DNA of 64,000 bases from an uncultured Opitutales bacterium. GTDB taxonomy: Bacteria; Verrucomicrobiota; Verrucomicrobiia; Opitutales; JABDGR01. Positions 8,615 to 17,383 of the stretch are shown here, in pieces. Location of the stretch: contig CAZLPS010000009.1 of assembly GCA_964561455.1 (NCBI GenBank), forward strand, positions 13,380 to 77,379, given 5' to 3'. Position 1 is the first letter of the stretch. The number at the start of each line of letters is the position of its first letter. The notes under the pieces were generated by a model. That model was not told the DNA's origin. It saw only the letters and a program-made list of their open reading frames with translations, and ran no database searches. The translations under genes were made by a program, and so were the position numbers.

Positions 8615-9994
8615 TTACGCCACGCGCTCGACCACGAGTACTGGCGGGGTCGGGCGCTTGGGGGCGAGGCGGTAGGCCGAGCGCAGGTACTCCAGCGCCG
8701 CCTCGAGCTTGGACTCGTCGTTGTAATGAATCATCATCAGCGGTTCGCCTTGCTTGACCTGGGTGCCGACTTTCTTGATTTCCGAAACTCCGACCGCGGG
8801 ATCGGGCTTGCCCTTCTTCGTGGCTGCGAGCACTTGCACGCCCCGGGCAATCATGCCGGCGTTGATCGTGTGGACGTAGCCGCGCTTGGGGGCGGGAAGC
8901 TTGCGAATATATTTGGCTGGCGTGAATTTGGAGGGATCGTCAATGAAGGCGGTGTTGCCTCCCTGCGCGGCGACCATTTCCTTGAACTTGGCAAGCGCCG
9001 ACCCGTCGGCGAGACGGTTTTCAACCGTCTGCTTGGCGGATAGCGTGGACCCGGCGACGCCCGCGAGGCGGACGATTTCCATGCCCATCTTGAGCACAAG
9101 TTCCTTCAAATCCTCGGGGCCTTCGCCTTTGAGAAGCTTGATGGCTTCCGCGACTTCAAGCGCCGTGCCAACGGTGTCGCCTAGCGGCTGGTTCATGTCG
9201 GTGACAAGGGCCACGCAGCGGCGTTTCATGCCGCGGGCGACGCGGGTGATGGAGCGCGCCAGTTGTTTGGCCTGTTCCAAATCCTTGATGAAGGAGCCAT
9301 TGCCCCATTTGACGTCAACCGCGAGGCCTTCGGCGCCTTCCGCGAGTTTCTTGGAAAGCACGCTGGCGGTGATAAGCTGGAGGCTCGGAATGGTGCCGGT
9401 TTGCTCGCGGAGTTTGTAAAGAGTGGAGTCTACGGTCGCGATGTCCGGGTTGGGCGCGTAAATGGCGCAACCGACTTTCAAAAGCTGCTCGACGAATTGT
9501 TTGATGGGCAGGTCGGCGCGGAAGCCGGGAATGGCTTCGAGCTTCTCCACTGCGGTGATGACAAAATCTTCGTCCACGCCGTTGACACAGGGCATGACCA
9601 CGCCGCAGGCGGCCGCCAGCGGAGGCAGCACGAGCGCAGTCTTGTCACCCACACCACCCGTTGAATATTTGGCGATCTTGGGGCGGGAAATGCGGGCCAG
9701 ATCCACGACTTCTCCAGAGAGCATCATCTCCTCGGCGAGGGTCGCCGTTTCCTGGGCGGACATGCCCTTGAAGTAAATGGCCATGGCCAGCGCGGATAGC
9801 TGGTAGTCCGGCAGTTCCTCGTCGAGGATGGAATCCACGATGAAACGAATCTCGTCATCAGAAAATTCACCGCCGTCGCGCTTCTTCTCGATGAGATAAG
9901 AAAACGACGGTTTGATGAACTTGCGGTTACCGGACCCCGAAGAGGAATTGAAATCGGAACTCATGGGTGGAGCAGGATGGCGGGGGTAGAACAC
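8615..9994 (-). CDS. deoA: Thymidine / pyrimidine-nucleoside phosphorylase
   Basis: The N-terminal glycosyltransferase helical domain reads IEKKRDGGEFSDDEIRFIV ... QLSALAMAIYFKGMSAQETATLA. The STGGVGDKT phosphate-binding motif and a C-terminal PYNP domain are present. The start may be the Met at 9964. Confidence 0.85.
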   Translation of the reverse strand: MFYPRHPAPPMSSDFNSSSGSGNRKFIKPSFSYLIEKKRDGGEFSDDEIRFIVDSILDEELPDYQLSALAMAIYFKGMSAQETATLAEEMMLSGEVVDLARISRPKIAKYSTGGVGDKTALVLPPLAAACGVVMPCVNGVDEDFVITAVEKLEAIPGFRADLPIKQFVEQLLKVGCAIYAPNPDIATVDSTLYKLREQTGTIPSLQLITASVLSKKLAEGAEGLAVDVKWGNGSFIKDLEQAKQLARSITRVARGMKRRCVALVTDMNQPLGDTVGTALEVAEAIKLLKGEGPEDLKELVLKMGMEIVRLAGVAGSTLSAKQTVENRLADGSALAKFKEMVAAQGGNTAFIDDPSKFTPAKYIRKLPAPKRGYVHTINAGMIARGVQVLAATKKGKPDPAVGVSEIKKVGTQVKQGEPLMMIHYNDESKLEAALEYLRSAYRLAPKRPTPPVLVVERVA

Positions 9995-10117
9995 GGCAGA
10001 CGCCGGGGACTATGCCCGTAAACCTTTACGGGTTAGCGCATTAGGCAACGGGTTGTCAAACCTATAATTTGGGCGGGGCTATCAGGTGCCGAAATTAGCT
10101 GGAAGCGGGGAGGTTAA

Positions 10118-10155
10118 GTTTACGGTTTACGGTTTGCGGTTTACCGTTTTACGGG
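10118..10155. repeat. Heptamer array, GTTTACG flavour
   Basis: The array reads gtttacg gtttacg gtttgcg gtttacc gttttacgggg. A related palindrome, cccgtaaa-cc-tttacggg, lies at 10013-10030. Confidence 0.6.
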
Positions 10156-10195
10156 GAGTCGAGAACTCTTGGGTTGGGGACTTCGCAGCCTATGG

Positions 10196-10223
10196 TTGAC
10201 GAACACGGGGGGACGGTTAGAGT
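10196..10223 (+). promoter_or_regulatory. Candidate sigma70-type promoter giving a near-leaderless antitoxin transcript
   Basis: TTGACG (10196-10201) is followed by a 16-nt spacer and TAGAGT (10218-10223). The ATG at 10230 lies only 6 nt after the -10 element. Confidence 0.35.
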
Positions 10224-10229
10224 ATCACG

Positions 10230-10514
10230 ATGACAACGTTGACCGCAACGAAGGCCCGCAGCCGCCTTTCCTACTGGTTGAAACGCGCGGCTGCCGGCGA
10301 TAACATTGGCATCGCATGTGGCACCGGGGTCATCGCATTGCGGCCTTTGAACGAAATAGGCCGCGGCAGGGATTATGCACAAAACGAATATGGTGTGACC
10401 GCCCGCGAATTGGCGGATTTTGCCCGGCGGGTCAAAGCGGAGGCGGCTCGTGAACGGAGCGCAGGGCGGATGAAACGTTACCTGGGCGATTTTCATGCCG
10501 CCATTAGCGATTGA
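10230..10514 (+). CDS. Phd/YefM-type type II antitoxin
   Basis: The N-terminus TATKARSRLSYWLKRAAAGDNIGI fits the Phd/YefM pattern. The gene overlaps the start of a RelE/ParE-like ORF by 20 nt. Confidence 0.65.
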   Translation: MTTLTATKARSRLSYWLKRAAAGDNIGIACGTGVIALRPLNEIGRGRDYAQNEYGVTARELADFARRVKAEAARERSAGRMKRYLGDFHAAISD

Positions 10515-10778
10515 TTTCTCTCCCCGCTTCCGGGCTTCCGCCAGAGCATTGTCGCCGACTCAACAGCAAGAAGTGGCGGTGGTCGTGGCGTGTCTCAAGG
10601 AAGTTTTTGGCAGCCGCACAGGCACAGCGGGCTGGGAATCCGTCGCTTGGGTGGTTCGGCGTTTGAGTGTCGGGTAGGGCGGGATTTGCGGGAAGTTTTC
10701 GAGCTATCGGGAGGCAGCGCGAATTTGATTCTGGTCGGCAGCCACAACGATGTTCGCCGTTATATCAAAAATCGCTGA
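10495..10778 (+). pseudogene. RelE/ParE-family toxin gene interrupted by a frameshift
   Basis: The N-terminal part (IDFSPRFRASARALSPTQQQEVAVVVACLKEVF) is in the frame of 10495. The C-terminal part (PHRHSGLGIRRLGGSAFECRVGRDLREVFELSGGSANLILVGSHNDVRRYIKNR) is in the frame of 10590. The frames switch at or near the T5 run at 10604-10608. Confidence 0.65.
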
Positions 10779-10902
10779 GGTATTTCATCGCGCTGCACCT
10801 GATGGTGGGCTGTCTCGTCGCAACGGAATACGAATTCAACCAGGCATTTCAGGTTGCCCCGCGTGGATTGACAACGGGGGCGGCTTGGTATGCGATTACG
10901 TG

Positions 10903-12180
10903 ATGCGTAATCCGGCTTCCCGTTTGCTGCGGTGCGCGGCATGTTTCTTGGGTGCCCTGGTACTCGCGGGCTGCACCAAGACCGTGAAGGAGGTGGTTGC
11001 GATCAAGCTCGGGCCGGTTACAGTGCAATTGCTGCAGGCGGAGCCTGACGGCGGTTCGGCCCAAGAGGGGACGGCGCTAGTGGCCTATGCGGGAAGTCAT
11101 GCCTTTGCCTATTTGCCCGGCGATGAATGGCTCGTAGTGGACTCAGGCTGGTATGAACAGGTCAAAGCCGGCGATTTGGTGGTGTTCGCGCAGGACCTCG
11201 TGTTTGTCAACGGCCGACGCCAGATGCCGCAGGTCAGGCCCGCGAAATATGTCAACTTCATGGATAACGGCGGCAGCGAGGAACTGGGGCCAGTCACCTT
11301 CAAACCCGCCGGCGGAAATCATCGGACCAATTCGCTGGTGAGTTTTGCGAAGGCGTCAAGTGCGCTTTATTCTAATGGTCTGCAAGCAGTCGAAATCCGG
11401 GACGGCCATCTCTATGTATACGGCCTGAATTTTGGCCCGTTTGGCGATGCCGACCATGCGACAATTACCCCGGATTCCGTGGCGGTTAATGGAAAGGCCA
11501 GGACGCCGCAGCCGGAGGTGGCTCCCGCCAATCCCGCCGACAATGATCTGAGTGTGGGGCCAATTAAGGTAAAATTTCTCGAGGCCGTAAAGTCCTTTGG
11601 AGGCGGCAGTGGGGGAGGGGGATCATCCCAATACTGGACTACCGATTTGAAAGACCATGTTTTTGGCTATGAAGTCACCAGCGCGGGCGGCAGTGATCTT
11701 TTTGTGGACTCCTGGTGGTACGGCCCGGTCATTGCAACTGATGAAATTGTTTTCGGCCGGAACCTGGTATTTGTCAACGGGGTCCGGCGGGCGCCGGGGC
11801 AAGTGCCGGCGGCATTTACAAACTTTATTGTCCAACCGGGTATTTCCCCCCTGGGAAGAGGGTCGTCCAGCCTGATTACCTTTAGTAACGTTAGTGGCAT
11901 CGGCAGCGGCAGCAGCGGATTTGATCCGGCCACGGGCAGTTTTAATCCCACAACAGGAGCCTCGGCACAGGCCGGATTCCTGTCGGTTCGAATCAATGGC
12001 GGCTTCATCTACGATTATGGACTGAACTTTGGACCCTTCGGCGTAACCGACAAAGCCGAGGTTTCGCCGGAAGGCGTCGCGGTCAACGGCATCCAGCGGT
12101 CACCGCAGCCAGAGCCGCCGTCGGGTGCGGGTGGGGTAGTTGGTGCCACCGGATCCGCCACATCTTCCGCCAAGCCTTGA
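10903..12180 (+). CDS. Lipoprotein with an internal two-fold duplication
   Basis: The ATG at 10903 gives MRNPASRLLRCAACFLGALVLAGC, a signal peptide with a lipobox. Two collinear halves follow: WYEQVKAGDLVVFAQDLVFVNGRR ... LYVYGLNFGPFGDADHATITPDSVAVNGKARTPQPE, and WYGPVIATDEIVFGRNLVFVNGVRR ... IYDYGLNFGPFGVTDKAEVSPEGVAVNGIQRSPQPE. Confidence 0.7.
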   Translation: MRNPASRLLRCAACFLGALVLAGCTKTVKEVVAIKLGPVTVQLLQAEPDGGSAQEGTALVAYAGSHAFAYLPGDEWLVVDSGWYEQVKAGDLVVFAQDLVFVNGRRQMPQVRPAKYVNFMDNGGSEELGPVTFKPAGGNHRTNSLVSFAKASSALYSNGLQAVEIRDGHLYVYGLNFGPFGDADHATITPDSVAVNGKARTPQPEVAPANPADNDLSVGPIKVKFLEAVKSFGGGSGGGGSSQYWTTDLKDHVFGYEVTSAGGSDLFVDSWWYGPVIATDEIVFGRNLVFVNGVRRAPGQVPAAFTNFIVQPGISPLGRGSSSLITFSNVSGIGSGSSGFDPATGSFNPTTGASAQAGFLSVRINGGFIYDYGLNFGPFGVTDKAEVSPEGVAVNGIQRSPQPEPPSGAGGVVGATGSATSSAKP

Positions 12181-12261
12181 TTTTCGATCCGGGAAGATGC
12201 TTCGGCCTTGGAGTATAAGTGAAGGCGAGATACGGAGAAAGGGCGCAGCAAGTCTGCGCCC

Positions 12262-13068
12262 CTACCTCCGCCACGGAAACTTGGACGCCCCGGTCAAATC
12301 CGTTTCCTCACCTTTGGCAAAGACGCGCACCGATGACCAGATCAGAAGGCCAGTCAAAACGCTGAGGAAAATGATGCCGGTCCACGGATTGAAGAACATG
12401 TGGTCGCGGCCGAGCAGCGCGCCGCGCAGCAAATCCACCACGTAGGCCATAGGGTCGAGATGGGCAACCTTCTGCATCCAAACGGGCGCGGGTCCCAGGG
12501 GATACAACGCGCCCGACAGGAAATACATCGGAATGATGATGGTATTTATGACGATGGGAAATACCGTGGTCGAAGTGAAGCGACAGGCAAGGGCAACCCC
12601 CAACGCGGAAAAGACTACGGACGCCATGACCAGCGCGAGCAACGCCAAAACGATCTCGATTACGCCGAGATGCAGGCCGACCAGGGGCGTGAGAAAAAGC
12701 AGTACAATGCCCTGGATGAAGGCCTGGATGGCTCCGGCCGCAACTTTGCCGAAAGCAATCGCCGGACGGGAAACCGGCGCCACCAGGACCGCCTTGAAGA
12801 ACCCAATTTGCCGGTCGAAGACAATCGTGATGCCCGCAAAAGTGGCCGCATAGAGCAGCGCGAGGGAAATGATTCCCGGGAAAATAAAACTGCGGTAGGT
12901 GCCCGACGCCGGCAGCCGCCCCATGCTCGCCCCCAATCCGGAACCGAGCACAAACAAATACAGGAGCGGTTGAATCAATCCTGGAATCAACCGCATCGGT
13001 TCCTGGAAAAACCGTTTCATGTCCAACGCAATGATGGCGGATATTCCCTTCATGGCTTGCCTCCCCAT
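12262..13068 (-). CDS. ABC-2 type transporter permease
   Basis: This 268-aa protein has about six TM helices. It overlaps the stop of the upstream ABC ATPase, the typical ABC-2 arrangement. Confidence 0.8.
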   Translation of the reverse strand: MGRQAMKGISAIIALDMKRFFQEPMRLIPGLIQPLLYLFVLGSGLGASMGRLPASGTYRSFIFPGIISLALLYAATFAGITIVFDRQIGFFKAVLVAPVSRPAIAFGKVAAGAIQAFIQGIVLLFLTPLVGLHLGVIEIVLALLALVMASVVFSALGVALACRFTSTTVFPIVINTIIIPMYFLSGALYPLGPAPVWMQKVAHLDPMAYVVDLLRGALLGRDHMFFNPWTGIIFLSVLTGLLIWSSVRVFAKGEETDLTGASKFPWRR

Positions 13069-14030
13069 TTGTTGCCGCCCGCAGGCGCTTTGGCGGTTTC
13101 ATCGGCCAGCGCACGACCCGTCAGCTTGAGAAAAACATCCTCGAGGCTCGGGGCGCTGATTTCAACGCGCTCCACCGCCACCGGGAGTTCCCGCAATATG
13201 ACTGGTACAATGGCGGCCGGATCCTTGTGCTCAAACATAATAGGTTGGACCCCCGGGGCGGGCTGGTAGCCGCGTTGCACGAGCCAGTCGCGCGCTTGGG
13301 CATTGTCGGCAGTTTGCAAGTGAATGACGCCGCCACCAAGCTGCGACTTGAGATTGCGCGGGGTGTCCAGGGCCACGATTCGGCCGTCCGACATCATGCC
13401 GATGCGGTCGGCGACTTCAGCCTCCTCCATATAGTGCGTGGCGAAAACGATGGTGCGGCCGGATTGGGTCAGCCCACGCACTTGCTTCCAAAAACTGCGC
13501 CGCGCTTCGACGTCCAAGCCAAGGGTGGCCTCGTCCAGAAAGAGCACGCGGGGGTCGGTCACCAGTGAGCGGGCGAGTTCGACGCGGCGACGCTGGCCGC
13601 CGGAAAGCTTTTGCGCCTGGCGGTCGGCCACGTCGGTCAGCTGCAATTGCTCGAGCAATTCATCAGTGCGTTTACGCACGGCCGCCTTGTCGAGGCCGTA
13701 CAACTGGCCCATGAGGCGGAGATTGTCGCGCACGGACAGGGTGCGCTCGATGGCCGGCTCCTGAAAGACGATGCCGATGTCGCGCCGGGTGGCGTCCCGC
13801 TCGACGACGACATCGCGGCCCAGCACGCGGGCGGTACCGGTGGTGGGCGTGCGCAGCGTGCAAAGAATCGAGAAAAGGGAGGTCTTGCCGGCGCCGTTGG
13901 GACCAAGGAGCGCAAACATCTCACCGGTACCCACAGTCAAATCAATGCCCCGCAAAGCTTCGACCTTGCCGTAATTCTTCGTGAGGCCGGAAACCTCGAC
14001 AGCGGGGGCTGGTGAAACGGGCGGAATCAT
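13050..14030 (-). CDS. ABC transporter ATP-binding protein
   Basis: Walker A is GPNGAGKTS, the signature is LSGGQRRR, and Walker B is VLFLDEAT. The start is taken at the internal Met (MIPPVSPAPAVEVSGL) at 14030. Confidence 0.9.
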   Translation of the reverse strand: MIPPVSPAPAVEVSGLTKNYGKVEALRGIDLTVGTGEMFALLGPNGAGKTSLFSILCTLRTPTTGTARVLGRDVVVERDATRRDIGIVFQEPAIERTLSVRDNLRLMGQLYGLDKAAVRKRTDELLEQLQLTDVADRQAQKLSGGQRRRVELARSLVTDPRVLFLDEATLGLDVEARRSFWKQVRGLTQSGRTIVFATHYMEEAEVADRIGMMSDGRIVALDTPRNLKSQLGGGVIHLQTADNAQARDWLVQRGYQPAPGVQPIMFEHKDPAAIVPVILRELPVAVERVEISAPSLEDVFLKLTGRALADETAKAPAGGNKWGGKP

Positions 14031-14034
14031 TTTG

Positions 14035-14106
14035 GAAACACAGAGAACACGGAGAAAGTTCCTAAAGTGCAAGCGGTAAAAATCCCCGCCGTGTCCTCCG
14101 TGCTTA
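14035..14106. repeat. Inverted pair of CACGGAG-flavour heptamer repeats
   Basis: The arms gaaacacagagaacacggagaaag and ccgccgtgtcctccgtgctt lie between the ABC ATPase start and the MFS stop. The same flavour recurs at 53643-53750 and near 7486-7505. Confidence 0.5.
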
Positions 14107-14123
14107 ATCTTCCAAACCAAAGA

Positions 14124-15365
14124 CTACTCCGGCAACGGCTTCCCCTTGGTTTCCGGTGCGAACCAGATGACCACCATGCCGAGGAGGTAGATCAAAGAAA
14201 TGACTTCGCCAGCTTGGGCGTAGTCGCCCTGAAAGTATTTCATCAGCGCACCCATTTGCAACGCACCGCCTGCGGCCAGCACTCGGCCGGCGTTGTAGCA
14301 CAGCCCTTGAGCGGTCGCCCGGGCGCGGGTGGGGAAGAGCTCCGGCAAGTACAGTGGGATCAGCCCATAAAATGATGCCGTGAGGCCGCCGACGAGAAAC
14401 GTGTAACTCAGAAAGACCGCGCCGTAATGATTCTCAAAACTGAAAAATGCCAGACAAGTGCCCAGCGAGCTGGCGCACAAGAGAAAATAGGCCCACCGCC
14501 GCCCGCAGATTTCCGCCAGCCACGCGCCAAAGACGCAGCCAACCATCGCGCCAAGAGCTGACCAGAATTGGGTCCAGGCCTTCGCAGTTTGAACTGCCCC
14601 CTTGGTCAGGCTGTCCGCCCACGACGGCAGCCATTGCACAAGTCCCCACGTCACGAGCAGCGTGATGCCACAGAGCATGGTGGCGACGACGGTTCGCCGC
14701 CACAGTGTGGCCGAGAATATTTCCCGCAGCGGCTGCGCCGGGGCGCCTGCGGTCGCATGTTGCCAGGAGGGAGATTCCGGCACGCAGAGGCGTATGAAGA
14801 AAGTCAGCAACGCGGGTGCCGCGCCGACCAGGGCAACCCACCGCCAGGAGGTTATCGTGACGGAAGCCGTCAACCCTACTAGCGAACTTAGCAGGAAACC
14901 CGCGTTGCCCGCGGCGCCGATGACGCCGGCGAGGACGGGGCGGCTCGCGCCCGTCCAGATTTCCATGACGAGCGCGACGCCGAGCGCCCATTCCCCGCCC
15001 ATGCCCAGCGCGGCGATGAAGCGCAGCGCGCCGAGTTGCGCCGGGGTCTGCACAAAATAAACGAGCCCCGTGCACAGGGAGTAGGTCAGGATGCTTGCGC
15101 TCAACGATTTGACGCGTCCGATGCGGTCGCCCAGCCAGCCAAACACCACGCCACCCGCCGCCGCGCCGAGCAGAAATAGCGCCGTGATGATGCCCATCCA
15201 GTGGCCCACGAAAATTTCATCCGGCATGCTGCCTTGCATTTGCTGCAGCGCCGGGCGGGCGATGAGTGGAAAAATCCCCATCTCCAAGCCATCAAACATC
15301 CAGCCCAGAATCGCAGCCAGAAGTACCAGTTGGCGCTGGCGGGCGGTAATAGGCGGGTAGGGCAT
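14124..15365 (-). CDS. MFS transporter
   Basis: This 413-aa protein has about 12 TM helices. The motif GWLGDRIGRVK sits between TM2 and TM3, matching MFS motif A. Confidence 0.85.
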   Translation of the reverse strand: MPYPPITARQRQLVLLAAILGWMFDGLEMGIFPLIARPALQQMQGSMPDEIFVGHWMGIITALFLLGAAAGGVVFGWLGDRIGRVKSLSASILTYSLCTGLVYFVQTPAQLGALRFIAALGMGGEWALGVALVMEIWTGASRPVLAGVIGAAGNAGFLLSSLVGLTASVTITSWRWVALVGAAPALLTFFIRLCVPESPSWQHATAGAPAQPLREIFSATLWRRTVVATMLCGITLLVTWGLVQWLPSWADSLTKGAVQTAKAWTQFWSALGAMVGCVFGAWLAEICGRRWAYFLLCASSLGTCLAFFSFENHYGAVFLSYTFLVGGLTASFYGLIPLYLPELFPTRARATAQGLCYNAGRVLAAGGALQMGALMKYFQGDYAQAGEVISLIYLLGMVVIWFAPETKGKPLPE

Positions 15366-15372
15366 GGACGGG

Positions 15373-16629
15373 TTATTTCAATTCCACCGTGGCGGTGGCC
15401 GGGTGGGCATAGCCCTGCCAGCAGGCTTCCAGAAATTTTGCATCCGGCAGGCCGTCTTGGACTATGAAGCGGTAGCGCATTTGAAAAGGTTTGTCCTTGG
15501 CAATCGTAAACGGCCCGCTGATGACTGCTGCATACATAAAGAATGGTTGGTCGGGATTCATCCGCACCGGTTGGGGTGCGCGATAGTTGGAAGGATGGTC
15601 GAGTACCGCGATGCCCGCGGGGGCATCATCAATTTTTCCGCCCATAAAAAACCAGCGCGCGGGCTTGGCATCCGCCTGCGCGCGGTCGGCAATGCCTTCG
15701 GAGGTCAGGATTGTCAGGTTGGATTTGTCGAGCCACTGGATGTGCCCGCGAACGCCCAAGCCGCCATAGCGGTACTGCAGCAAGATGAGCGGATCATCCG
15801 TGGCGGTGGTCTGAGTCACGTCGAGGTCGAATATTCGTGCCGGTACGCCCCCGGCGCCATACAGCGTCACCGCCCAGCTTTCGTTGAGGGCCGCGATGGG
15901 AGGAGTGGCCGTGCGGTCAATGTAACGGTGGCGCGATTGAAAGCCCCCGTTCACAGTGCCGTTCCAGGAATTGTCGAGTCCCGCAAATTCCACGGTGCCG
16001 CCATTGGGGAGATGCGGGTTCCAGAAATCGGGGGTGCGCCCTTGGAATTGGGTGTCCGTCCACGCCGTCCAGATGCCATGGTCATGCGGATGATCCACGG
16101 GATAGGTGTCCGACATTTGCACGCCTTGCGGGGTGAATAGGGGATACAGAAAAGCGCCGCGCAAAATCTTGTCCGCAATGCCGTCGCGCGGCGGTTTGGC
16201 CAAATCCATCTGATAATATAAGGCTGGTTTGCCTTCGACCGTCAAGGCGAGGCGGCCGTCTTCGTGGACGACCTGAACGGTGTTCTCTGTGGGGCTTGGC
16301 GCCAGCGGCGCCGTGGTAAACACCAGCGTTTCGCCGGCTTTCTGCATGGCCACGAAGAAAACCGCGCGGTTGCCCGGTTCGATTTGCAGGGGAACCAGAT
16401 TGTTGCCGGCGTCGCGCAGGTAGCCGACTGGCATAGCAGAATTGGGCAGGCTAAAACGAATGACTTGCGCCGCGCGATCCACATCCGCCGCGCCCAACGT
16501 CACGATGAACTGCCGGGCCGCTGGCGCATGGCCCCGGTCTGCCGCCGCCGGTTCGGTGGCGTGCGGGGTGGCGCAGCCCGCCACCAGCAGGCAGCAACCC
16601 CACCATCCGGCATGCAGCGCGGCTTTCAT
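15373..16629 (-). CDS. PmoA-like / DUF6807 family lipoprotein
   Basis: The signal peptide with lipobox is LLVAGCATP. The His-rich core VDHPHDHGIWTAWTDTQFQGRTPDFWN resembles the PF14100 family. The family assignment is from memory, not a search. Confidence 0.55.
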   Translation of the reverse strand: MKAALHAGWWGCCLLVAGCATPHATEPAAADRGHAPAARQFIVTLGAADVDRAAQVIRFSLPNSAMPVGYLRDAGNNLVPLQIEPGNRAVFFVAMQKAGETLVFTTAPLAPSPTENTVQVVHEDGRLALTVEGKPALYYQMDLAKPPRDGIADKILRGAFLYPLFTPQGVQMSDTYPVDHPHDHGIWTAWTDTQFQGRTPDFWNPHLPNGGTVEFAGLDNSWNGTVNGGFQSRHRYIDRTATPPIAALNESWAVTLYGAGGVPARIFDLDVTQTTATDDPLILLQYRYGGLGVRGHIQWLDKSNLTILTSEGIADRAQADAKPARWFFMGGKIDDAPAGIAVLDHPSNYRAPQPVRMNPDQPFFMYAAVISGPFTIAKDKPFQMRYRFIVQDGLPDAKFLEACWQGYAHPATATVELK

Positions 16630-17310
16630 TCAGGCGTGCTTCTTCTTGTAGCGCAGCACCCGGGCTGGCGGCAAATTCCAGAAAATATACTTCGTCGAAT
16701 CGAAATCAAACGGCTCGGAGCCGTTAATTTTGCGCTTGTATGTATGGTAGGTAAATTGCACCCAGCAGCCGCCCGGTTTGAGTACCTCGTGGATCTTCCG
16801 GGTCACCAATTCCTCCAAAGCGCGGGGAAAGGACCGCAACGGCAGACTCGATACCACCGCGCCAGCGTGGCGCACGCCTGTCTGCTCGAACAAGATTTCA
16901 TCCATCTGCCCAGCGTCCCCCTCCACCACGCGAATCGCGGGAAAACGCTGCCGCAGCAGCGCTGCCAGGCGGGGGGACTTTTCAATGGCCAACAGCCGGT
17001 CCGGCGGCAATCCCCGTTTCAACAAGGCCTCCGTTACCGGTCCGGAGCCGGGCCCGAGTTCAATGACGAACTCACCCGGGTCGGCTGGGAGCCAATGGGC
17101 CATGGCGCGCGAAAGGCCTTGGGAACTGGGCACAACGGCGCCCATTTGCTTGGGCTTGCGCAAGCACTCTTGGATGAAAAGTGCCACGCCGCCAGGTTTT
17201 CCGGAGTTGGGTTGGGTCACAGGGTGCGGGGTAAACGCCGATAAAAGCGGTCTCCCGTCCCAAGCGCAAGCCTGCGCCGGTGACGATTTGACGAATTTCG
17301 GTCCCGTCAC
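16630..17310 (-). CDS. Class I SAM-dependent methyltransferase (phospholipid N-methyltransferase-like)
   Basis: The sequence FIQECLRKPKQMGAVVPSSQGLSRAM is followed by SAM motif I, VIELGPGSGPVTEALL. The start is uncertain. Confidence 0.7.
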   Translation of the reverse strand: MTGPKFVKSSPAQACAWDGRPLLSAFTPHPVTQPNSGKPGGVALFIQECLRKPKQMGAVVPSSQGLSRAMAHWLPADPGEFVIELGPGSGPVTEALLKRGLPPDRLLAIEKSPRLAALLRQRFPAIRVVEGDAGQMDEILFEQTGVRHAGAVVSSLPLRSFPRALEELVTRKIHEVLKPGGCWVQFTYHTYKRKINGSEPFDFDSTKYIFWNLPPARVLRYKKKHA

Positions 17311-17383
17311 CCCAAAGAAATTAGTTCGCCAAACGGGTTAAAAACTGCGTGACTGGCCGTCCTTTTAGCCATCCGCTCCGTTA

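Noticed and set aside
10039-10066. A TTAGGC-16 nt-TATAAT promoter-like string on the plus strand, upstream of the heptamer array and the TA locus.
   Set aside because: It is plausible by sequence, but it lies about 165 nt from the antitoxin start, and a better-positioned TTGACG/TAGAGT pair sits closer. It could equally be chance in this comparatively AT-rich spacer, so it is not listed as a feature.
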